Notes under the pieces: model-generated
The model's input: the letters and a program-made list of their open reading frames with translations, nothing else
Databases searched by the model: none
Told to the model about the DNA's origin: nothing
Position numbers and translations under genes: made by a program
Shown: positions 10,701 through 17,131 of the stretch, in pieces
How positions within the stretch are numbered: position 1 is the stretch's first letter
Layout of the letters: each line of letters starts with the position of its first letter
From: Kiritimatiellia bacterium
GTDB lineage: Bacteria > Verrucomicrobiota > Kiritimatiellia > RFP12 > UBA1067
Length of the DNA stretch: 64,000 nucleotides
Assembly (NCBI GenBank): GCA_017447805.1
Contig: JAFSMR010000059.1
Span: forward strand, 1,198-65,197
Reading direction: 5' to 3'

Positions 10701-10835
10701 GTCGTAAAATTTGTAGCGCTCTTTTCCTTCGTTCTTCTTCAGCGATTTTTCGAATGTACAGTCGTTTTTCCAAAATTCGAGAATTTCTTCTTCCATCTTC
10801 GGGAAAGCGACTTTGTTTGATACGGCTTTGAACAT
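7716..10835 (-). CDS. ileS: isoleucyl-tRNA synthetase (long, type-2 form)
   Basis: 1039 aa. HIGH-type motif PHYGHLLAG and the KMSKRLKNYPDP motif are present. Confidence 0.95.
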   Translation of the reverse strand: MFKAVSNKVAFPKMEEEILEFWKNDCTFEKSLKKNEGKERYKFYDGPPFATGLPHYGHLLAGTIKDIVPRYQTMRGKYVERRFGWDTHGLPIEALAQEALGIAGAPDIKALGVDKFNEQCRAMVLKYVNEWRKTVTRMGRWVDFDNDYKTMDPSFMESVWWVFKQLWNQGRVYKSHRIMPYSWKLSTPLSNFEAGSNYKDVQDPTVTVRVKALPQSITVEELKREEKAVYLLIWTTTPWTLPENLAICAGANIDYVAVRDLTDDERSVYIMAKARLETIFKKKESYELVASFKGEALKGWSYEPMFSYFADKRSEGAFQVLNDDYVTTDDGTGLVHIAPAYGEDDFRVCKTNGITAFADPLDDACAFSSALPEYAGRFCKDCDKDIIKRLKSEGKLVHQSTIVHSYPYCDRTDTPLIYRAIDAWYVKVEDLHSRLAKNNSTVHWTPDYVGEKRFGNWLGEARDWNISRNRFWGSCIPVWINDEDPEDMICVGSAKELEELSGEKVTDLHKHFIDKIVIRKDGKTYHRTSEVLDCWFESGSMPYAQQHYMGEEGEVDKFFPADFIAEGLDQTRGWFYTLMVLGTCLFDKSPYKNVIVNGLVLAEDGKKMSKRLKNYPDPIKMLDTYGADAIRLYMIYSPVVRAENLKFSENGVKQLMRDLLIPWWNAYSFFVTYANVDKFDDKEVVYPTSQNVLDRWIVSSMETLIADVTSAMDDYDLQRSVRPFVKFIEDLTNWYIRRSRRRFWKSQNDGDKICAYRTLRYVLVQLAKVAAPFTPFIAEEIYRNLKGESDPESVHLCDFPKANASYRDIELEAKMQAVQSAVELGRRLRADNDLKVRQPLAALKIAGGDIKGLEALVQDELNVKDVVFVADETELCDVSYKANFKTLGKKCGAKMKLVASAIASLKSFTPGIVIEGVEIAEEDILVTRTPKAGLVVASQGSIVVGLETSLTRELVAEGLAREFVSHVQAMRKDADFEVTQRIEIEVAADDEMKSALETWLDYVKGETLALGLEFATSVEAEEIPLNGHATKIAVKPVNR

Positions 10836-10874
10836 TGAATTTACCTTTGTCTTTCTTTGAAATCGTTTCGTCTG

Positions 10875-13800
10875 TTATTTCTTTTCTTTCACCCCGAGGT
10901 CGCTCAAGCGCATCGAGATTACTCTGCTTACGCCTTTTTCCTGCTGGCTTACGCCATATACCAAATCGGCGCCGGCAATCGTGTGCTGGTTGTGGGTAAT
11001 TATCAAGAACTGGCTCTTGACGAGAAATTCCTTCAGCTGCTCTACGAATCGCCCGATATTCGCATCGTCTAGCGCCGCATCAAGTTCATCAAGCATGGAA
11101 AATGGCGCGGGCTTGATCAAGAAGATTGAAAACAGAAGCGCGACGGCCGTCATCGTCCTTTCACCGCCGGAAAGCAGCGTTACCGATTGCGGTCTCTTGC
11201 CGGGCGGGCGCGCGATAATATCGATACCGCACTCGAGAGGGTCTTCGGCGTTTTCGAGCAAAACCAATCTCGCTTCTCCGCCGCCGAAGAGTTTCGTGAA
11301 CATGGCCTGGAAATTCTTGTTCGCCTGCTCGAATGTGTTTCGGAACATCTCGGAAGATGTCGTATTCAAATTGTTGATTAGCTCTAGGATACTCGTCTTC
11401 GCGGCAATGAGGTCGGCTTCTTGTTCTTTTTCTCTCGCGTAGCGCTCTTCGAGCTCGCGGCACTCTTCGATTGCGACCATGTTTACAGGGCCTAGCGCCG
11501 AAATTTCCGCCTGCAATTTCGCGACCGTATCTTCGAGTTCGCGCATTTCCGGCACAACCCCGCCCTTCCATTCAGGGTCGGGCTCTCTCAAAACCGCATC
11601 GGCGAAAAGGCCGTATTCATCTTGCAGATGATCGTAGATATTTTGACGGCGCATCGTCGCTTCGGCCGCTTGGACTTCGAGCTTGCCTCTGAAATCGCGC
11701 GCCTGGTCCAGCCCCGCTCTCTTTTGCGCGACTTCCCTGTCTGCAAGCGTAATCTTCTGCAGCATTTCGCCGCGCTTTTCCTTTTCTTCCTCCATCATCG
11801 CCTTGAGCGATGCGGCCTTTTCTTTCAATTCATCGAGGCTCGCGAGCAAATCGCCGCTTTCTTCAGTTAGCCGCTCTATCGAATCTTCGTACCCTTTAAT
11901 GCCGCTTTGGCGTCCTTCTATTTGACGTTCCAACTCTTCTTGGCGAGACTCTGCCGATTCGCTTTGGCGTCCGATGAAGGAAAGTTCTTGCTCAAGCTGG
12001 CTGGCGGCGATTCTGCGCTCGGTCAGGCGCTGAGATTCGACTACGCTTTCCGTCTCGAGCGATCGCAATTCTTCTTGCAATTCGCCGAGACTATCCATGA
12101 GCGAATCGCGCCTTACGATCGTCTCTTCGAGTTCGGTTTGCAAAGCCGAGCGTTTGGCGACCCCTTCTTCATTTTGCTTCTGCTCGGCTTCCAATTCTTT
12201 CGAGACATTCTCAAAGCGCGCTTTCAATGCGGTGAAATCTCTTTTCGCAATCGCTTCTTCGCCTTCGCACTGCGCGGCGAAGCGCCGCGCCGCAGATAGC
12301 TTTTCTTCGCATTCGGCGAGTATCTTGACTAGCGATTCCACTCGCCCCGTTCCGTTTGCGAGGATGTCTTTGGCGTCGACTATTCTTTCGCGAAGTTCCG
12401 CAAGAGTCTTTTCGGTCTCTGTTATCGGGCTCATCTTGCCACTTGATGCGGCGATAGCGGTCGATGGTTTCCACCTCCTGTTTTCGCCGCCGACTAGCAC
12501 GATATCGCCGAGCAATTCTTCGGCCATTTGGCGCTCGTCTTCGCCTAGCGGTATGTGGTCTACGAGCCTCTCGCCTTCGGAAATCGAAGCGCCTTCTTTC
12601 GCCTCGGCGATGATCGCCACATCCCCTTCTTCGCTTTGGAGGATGTTTTCAAGCACAATTTTCGCCGCAGCTTCATCTTTCAGCATTTCGAGCTGCGCTT
12701 CTTTTTTCGCGGCTTCGCTTTGCATCGCGCCGAGATTTTCACGCGCTTCATCTATCCTTTTGCGCAGCGTTTCAAGCTCTTCTTTCGTCCCGGCAAAAGC
12801 TTCCTGCGCGTTCTCTTCGGCTTCTTGCGCTCTTCGAGTTCTATCGGCGATTTCTTCCAGCGCCGCGAGGGATTTTTCTTCGGCCGCCTTTAACTGCGCG
12901 ACCTCGGCCCTAAGGCGCTCGTTTTTCATTATCGCCTCGCGCTCTTGAGTCTCGAGGCGAGCGATTTCATCGCGAATCGCGCTCGCCCTCCTATCGCATT
13001 GCGCCTCTTCCATCCGCGATGTCTGCACGCGCTGGCGAAGTTCGTCTATCGACGATTGCGAAGCTTTGAATATCTCCTCGGCTTCTTCCAGCGCCGAGCG
13101 CGCGGCTTCCAGCGATTCACCCAAGAGACGCCGCTTTTGCACAAGCGATTCGGCCTGCATCTTGATTTCTTCGAGCTGCCGGCGCGTATCGGCGATTTCA
13201 CGTCCGTCGCGCTCCGCAAAGCTGCGATATTCCGCGATTCGCTGCGCGTTTACACCAATTACTTCATTTGCTCTTGCGTAGGCGCCTGTCGCAGAAGCTT
13301 CCTGTTGCGCGAGCATCTGAAGTCTCTCTTCGAGCGCATGGATTTCGCTATGTAGCTGTTGCTGGGCTTCTTCGGCCGCCGTAACAATCTCTGCCGCCTC
13401 TTTGATCGCCGCCTCTATCGATTCGCGGTTTCTCGCGTTTTCTTCGAGAGTCTCGTTGAAATCGTGGATTTTATTCTTCGATACATAGATATCGAGGCCG
13501 CGCAATTTATCTCGAAGCTCTTTATATTTCTGCGCCTTGCCGACTTGACGCTGCAAGGAGCCGATTTGCCTCTTCATTTCCCTCAGCACATCAGCTTCGC
13601 GCAGCAGGTTTTGCTCGGTCTGCTCGATTTTTCTAAGCGCCTCTTTCCTATCCGCCTTGAACTTCGTTATGCCGGCTGCCTCTTCGAAGACCGCGCGCCG
13701 GTCTTCCGGCTTCGAGGATAGAATCGCGTCAATCTGACCCTGCGCCATCACGGAATAGGATGATGTCCCTATACCCGTGCCCATGAAAAGATGCTGAACA

Positions 13801-14168
13801 TCTTTTAGACGGCTTGGCTGCTTGTTGATCATATATTCGCCTGTGCCATCCCTATATACGCGGCGCGTAATCGTCACTTCATGATAATCAGTTCCAAGCT
13901 CTTTTTCGCAATCTGCGAATGTAATCGAAACCTCGGCGAGCCCTAGCGGCTTTCGCGTATCTGTCCCGTTGAATACTACATCCGCGAGCTTCGAACACCT
14001 CAACGCCGTCGGCCTCTGTTCGCCGAGCACCCAGCGAATTGCATCTGAAACATTAGATTTACCACACCCGTTCGGCCCGACAATGGCGATTAGCCCAGGG
14101 TCGAATGTTAGGCGTGTTCTATCGGCAAAGCTCTTGAAGCCGACTATATCTAGCTGCTTTAGGTACAT
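10875..14168 (-). CDS. smc: chromosome segregation protein SMC (hinge apparently very short)
   Basis: Walker A GPNGCGKSN, signature LSGGERTM and Walker B FSMLDELDAALD, with long coiled-coil stretches between them. I place the start at MYLKQLDIVGF (14168), directly downstream of a TGGTATAAT promoter. Confidence 0.9.
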   Translation of the reverse strand: MYLKQLDIVGFKSFADRTRLTFDPGLIAIVGPNGCGKSNVSDAIRWVLGEQRPTALRCSKLADVVFNGTDTRKPLGLAEVSITFADCEKELGTDYHEVTITRRVYRDGTGEYMINKQPSRLKDVQHLFMGTGIGTSSYSVMAQGQIDAILSSKPEDRRAVFEEAAGITKFKADRKEALRKIEQTEQNLLREADVLREMKRQIGSLQRQVGKAQKYKELRDKLRGLDIYVSKNKIHDFNETLEENARNRESIEAAIKEAAEIVTAAEEAQQQLHSEIHALEERLQMLAQQEASATGAYARANEVIGVNAQRIAEYRSFAERDGREIADTRRQLEEIKMQAESLVQKRRLLGESLEAARSALEEAEEIFKASQSSIDELRQRVQTSRMEEAQCDRRASAIRDEIARLETQEREAIMKNERLRAEVAQLKAAEEKSLAALEEIADRTRRAQEAEENAQEAFAGTKEELETLRKRIDEARENLGAMQSEAAKKEAQLEMLKDEAAAKIVLENILQSEEGDVAIIAEAKEGASISEGERLVDHIPLGEDERQMAEELLGDIVLVGGENRRWKPSTAIAASSGKMSPITETEKTLAELRERIVDAKDILANGTGRVESLVKILAECEEKLSAARRFAAQCEGEEAIAKRDFTALKARFENVSKELEAEQKQNEEGVAKRSALQTELEETIVRRDSLMDSLGELQEELRSLETESVVESQRLTERRIAASQLEQELSFIGRQSESAESRQEELERQIEGRQSGIKGYEDSIERLTEESGDLLASLDELKEKAASLKAMMEEEKEKRGEMLQKITLADREVAQKRAGLDQARDFRGKLEVQAAEATMRRQNIYDHLQDEYGLFADAVLREPDPEWKGGVVPEMRELEDTVAKLQAEISALGPVNMVAIEECRELEERYAREKEQEADLIAAKTSILELINNLNTTSSEMFRNTFEQANKNFQAMFTKLFGGGEARLVLLENAEDPLECGIDIIARPPGKRPQSVTLLSGGERTMTAVALLFSIFLIKPAPFSMLDELDAALDDANIGRFVEQLKEFLVKSQFLIITHNQHTIAGADLVYGVSQQEKGVSRVISMRLSDLGVKEKK

Positions 14169-14178
14169 TTGGCTGTAT

Positions 14179-14207
14179 ATTATACCATTTTTTGCGCCTC
14201 GACGCAA
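14179..14207 (-). promoter_or_regulatory. putative sigma70 promoter of smc (TTGCGT-17-TGGTATAAT)
   Basis: Read on the minus strand: -35 at 14207-14202 and -10 at 14184-14179, with only 10 nt between the -10 hexamer and the ATG. Confidence 0.6.
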
Positions 14208-14242
14208 GGGCCGCGCGGCTTTGCCACGCAATGACGAATGGT

Positions 14243-14669
14243 GAGTTCGAGTTACGAGTTGGAGTTGGAGAATGGAATTGTTAACCTAAAAATCGCAGTT
14301 GGGTTTAATTTTTAGCATGGAGAACAGGAGAAACAGGAGGTTTTGATAGATTTTGCAGACAAAACGGCAGGTTTCTTCGGCTTTGGTTTCATTTCGATTT
14401 TTCACCCAATTGGTGAAATTGACAATCTTGACTCAAGATGAGATAATTACTTGTTTTGCTAATGATATCTCCTGTTTCTCCTGTCCTACATGCCAAATTA
14501 GACCTTTGCCCACTTTCAACTGCGACGTTTAGGTTAAATTCCTTCTTCGGCGGCCACGCTTTGGCCGCCCTACCGAACAGCCTCTGCGTACTCTGCGCCT
14601 CTGCGTTAAATAAAAAATAAACAAAATTACCAATTCCATTCTACAACTCCAACTCGAAACTCCAACTAC
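14243..14669. repeat. nested imperfect inverted-repeat element (about 430 bp), either MITE-like or a structured RNA locus
   Basis: Three arm pairs. Outer: 14243-14280 vs 14631-14669 (34/38 complementary). Middle: 14281-14301 vs 14517-14537 (19/21). Inner: 14311-14339 vs 14469-14497 (26/29). No ORF is longer than 26 codons. Confidence 0.75.
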
Positions 14670-14673
14670 ATCG

Positions 14674-16647
14674 CTAGCGCCAGATGGGGATGAAGAGCAA
14701 ATCTATGGATGTTTCGCCTTCTGGGGTGCTTTCATACCGGAAGAGGCGCCAGAAGAATGAAGTCTTCGTGTAGCCCGATTTCTTCGAGTCGTAGGTGAAG
14801 GCCGGGAATACGTCGAGCGATACATCACCATTTTCTTCTTCCCAATCCCAGATTTTCCATAGCACCCGATGTTTGGTGTAGGAAGTATTCTTTTGGCCAT
14901 CTTCTTCGTGTCTATAGTTGTAGAACAACAGCAAGAGATTGCTACTCGATTCGTATTTTTCGTAAAGCTTTTCACGGCTATTCAAATCGAAATACGCCGC
15001 GCGGCTGGAGCCGTAGGAAAACGCGAATATATTGCCGCGCGAAAATGTTTTCGCGAGCCTATAGACCCCCGACGTTCCATCGCGCCAATCCATATCTATA
15101 GCATAGCCATTGATATGATTTTCATTGTCGCAAAGCAAGAGGTAGTTGTTGTGGCTTGTCGAATAGATTGTAGTTTCCTTTATATCGAGGACTTCCACCG
15201 GGGTTCTTTTGTCGAGCTGCGCATTCCAGACATAGTTGGTCCTTACGCTACAGTTAATTTGTATTTCCTCCGGAAGCTTCTCGAGGTCTAGCCATGAGGC
15301 GTGCAAATCGAAATCTTTCGATTCGCTTCTATAGAATAACGGGAATAACCAGCCGCCGTTTCTGTTTTCGCCCTGGATTCCCGCGAGGAACCAGAAGAAG
15401 AATTGCGCGCCGTTATCAAGTCGCGAGTAGAGAAGAGAATAAAAGCCATCATCTTCTTCCCAATAGTATAGCGGCAAAAGCCAACTATAGCTTTTATCTC
15501 CCGAGGTCTTTCCTCCGCCGCCGAGTAGCGAGACAAACTCGTAATCGTCCTTGTAAAATAGCGGCAAAAGCCAATATGCGTCGCCCGACTTGCCAAAGAG
15601 CGGAGTGAGAAAGGCCTTGTCATTGCGCCAATAAAGCGGAATAAGCCAATCGGCTTCGCCCGATCTGCCGTATAGCGGCGTCAAAAAATTATCGCCATCA
15701 TGATAAAATAACGGGAACAACCACGCGGCATCTTGAGTTTGACCGAATAGTGGCGTTATCAAATTATTCGTATCGTGATAATATAGCGGGAACACCCAAG
15801 AGGACTCGTATTCACCACTAGTCGAAACAGTATCATATCCGGCCAAGCCCGCCAAAATTCGCCGCTTGTGAAGAAAGCCGTCATCGTAACTCGAATACGG
15901 CAGGGAATAGAAATCGTCCTCATACGCAAAATAGAACGGCAAAAAGCGGTGATTGATAAATTTGCCACTTTGCTTTTCGAATCCGGCCAGATACGCAAGC
16001 GCCCAAAATTCCGTCCTATCCGAAGGCGTGCGACTCTCGGAAGGTGGGGCGTGTTCTATATAATATAGAGGGAAAAGCGTATTCCAATATCCGCCATCCG
16101 AAAGCGTCTCGCTCCAAAATAGCGGGAAGATGGCAAATCCACCGGAATCTGGTGTTGAATCAAGCGACCAGAAGAACGGGAATACTCCGGCGAATCCATT
16201 CTCAACCCACCAAAACGCCGGGAAAGCCACGAAGTAATCATCACCCCAAAAGAGCAGCGGGAAGAGCGAAAAATAATAGTCTCCACTATAATCTTCGCCC
16301 CAGAAGAACGGGAACACACGATAATCGCGGTGACGAGTATCGAATTGCGAGATCGGCCAAAGGAAATTGAATTCATCGTATTCGGCGCTTTCGTCACTCT
16401 TTGTCTTGTACATCGAATAGGCGGGTCTTAAGGCGAAATGCTCGTCGCCAAAAGAAATAAAAGGCCAAGCGACTGACCCGACCGGCTCGCGCCAATATGC
16501 GAGCGGCCAAAGATTGACGCGTTCTTCCACGGCGCCGGTGAACTTGACTTCATCGCCAGTATATAGAGGAGTAGAAGAAAATTCTTTCATTGCGCATCCG
16601 CCTAGAAGCGCCGAAATCGCGATAAAGAACAATCCTCGCCTTAACAT
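14674..16647 (-). CDS. lipoprotein with tandem aromatic W(L/V)xPL(F/Y)(Y/W) repeats, function unknown
   Basis: Signal peptide with lipobox LLGGC. More than 12 copies of FPLF/FPLY-type motifs, including three in-phase 25-aa units (aa 284-358). Sampled lines are about 43% GC. Confidence 0.8.
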   Translation of the reverse strand: MLRRGLFFIAISALLGGCAMKEFSSTPLYTGDEVKFTGAVEERVNLWPLAYWREPVGSVAWPFISFGDEHFALRPAYSMYKTKSDESAEYDEFNFLWPISQFDTRHRDYRVFPFFWGEDYSGDYYFSLFPLLFWGDDYFVAFPAFWWVENGFAGVFPFFWSLDSTPDSGGFAIFPLFWSETLSDGGYWNTLFPLYYIEHAPPSESRTPSDRTEFWALAYLAGFEKQSGKFINHRFLPFYFAYEDDFYSLPYSSYDDGFLHKRRILAGLAGYDTVSTSGEYESSWVFPLYYHDTNNLITPLFGQTQDAAWLFPLFYHDGDNFLTPLYGRSGEADWLIPLYWRNDKAFLTPLFGKSGDAYWLLPLFYKDDYEFVSLLGGGGKTSGDKSYSWLLPLYYWEEDDGFYSLLYSRLDNGAQFFFWFLAGIQGENRNGGWLFPLFYRSESKDFDLHASWLDLEKLPEEIQINCSVRTNYVWNAQLDKRTPVEVLDIKETTIYSTSHNNYLLLCDNENHINGYAIDMDWRDGTSGVYRLAKTFSRGNIFAFSYGSSRAAYFDLNSREKLYEKYESSSNLLLLFYNYRHEEDGQKNTSYTKHRVLWKIWDWEEENGDVSLDVFPAFTYDSKKSGYTKTSFFWRLFRYESTPEGETSIDLLFIPIWR

Positions 16648-16676
16648 ACAACCTTCTTAAACTCTTTACGGGGCAT

Positions 16677-16705
16677 ATTTTATCATATATCCCCAAAGTT
16701 GTCAA
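16677..16705 (-). promoter_or_regulatory. putative promoter of the repeat-lipoprotein gene (TTGACA-17-TGATAAAAT)
   Basis: -35 at 16705-16700 and -10 at 16682-16677 on the minus strand, with 29 nt to the ATG. Confidence 0.6.
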
Positions 16706-16738
16706 CGCCCAGGGCGCCCTGGAGAAAAAGTTGCGGCG

Positions 16739-17131
16739 TTAGCGCAGGAAATCTTCGAGCTTTTCAAGCGCGGGAATTTCTTCCAGTTTATAGGAAACGC
16801 CAAAGAATTGTTCGGCTTCCATTACTAGACGCAAATGGTTTATGCTATCCCATTGTGGGATTTCGCCTCGCCTAGCAGTAAATACTTTTTCGCGGTCGAT
16901 TTTCAGCACGCGCGAAAAGAATGAAGCGAATGCTTCACGCTCCAAATCACGAAGCGTTGTAAGCTCTAGAAAGCGATCTATGGAAATAGGAGCAAGCCAA
17001 TCGTTTTCCATCATAACGAGCAAGCCAAAACCCATTAAAGAGCACCAATTTTCCACTTCGCGAAACGTGGTATCGAGAGTAAGATTTTCGACCTCTAAAA
17101 CATTCGCAGCGCTTTTAATGAATTTATTCAT
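16739..17131 (-). CDS. tandem acyl-carrier-protein-like protein (two PP-binding-like halves)
   Basis: Both halves follow the small-ACP pattern. Half 1: LTLDTTFREVENWCSLMGFGLLVMME. Half 2: EIPQWDSINHLRLVMEAEQFFGV. The start is an ATGA overlap with the upstream gene. Confidence 0.6.
   Translation of the reverse strand: MNKFIKSAANVLEVENLTLDTTFREVENWCSLMGFGLLVMMENDWLAPISIDRFLELTTLRDLEREAFASFFSRVLKIDREKVFTARRGEIPQWDSINHLRLVMEAEQFFGVSYKLEEIPALEKLEDFLR

Noticed and set aside
12097-12948. 283-aa Ser-rich plus-strand ORF
   Set aside because: It is antisense to the coiled-coil region of smc. The extreme Ser/Ala/Phe bias is what GAA/GAG/AAG-rich codons look like on the opposite strand.
14312-14392. 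26-codon minus-strand ORF (MKPKPKKPAVLSAKSIKTSCFSCSPC) inside the palindromic element, possibly a Cys-rich peptide or RiPP precursor
   Set aside because: It has only a weak SD-like GGGTGA. Its Cys-rich C-terminus is encoded by the repeat arm itself, and the copy at 26284-26311 has no start codon in frame. There are no modification enzymes nearby. It cannot be supported from sequence alone.
14549-14569. GC hairpin GGCGGCCA-CGCTT-TGGCCGCC considered as the terminator of the lipoprotein gene
   Set aside because: No U-tract follows the stem on either strand, so it is not a canonical intrinsic terminator.
14243-14669. The palindromic element considered as 6S RNA, RNase P RNA, tmRNA or SRP RNA
   Set aside because: I could not find any of the conserved cores: the RNase P GAGGAAAGUCC, the tmRNA tRNA-like end and tag ORF, or the SRP GGAA/AGCA domain. 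At about 430 nt and with a 130-nt centre, it does not fit 6S RNA.
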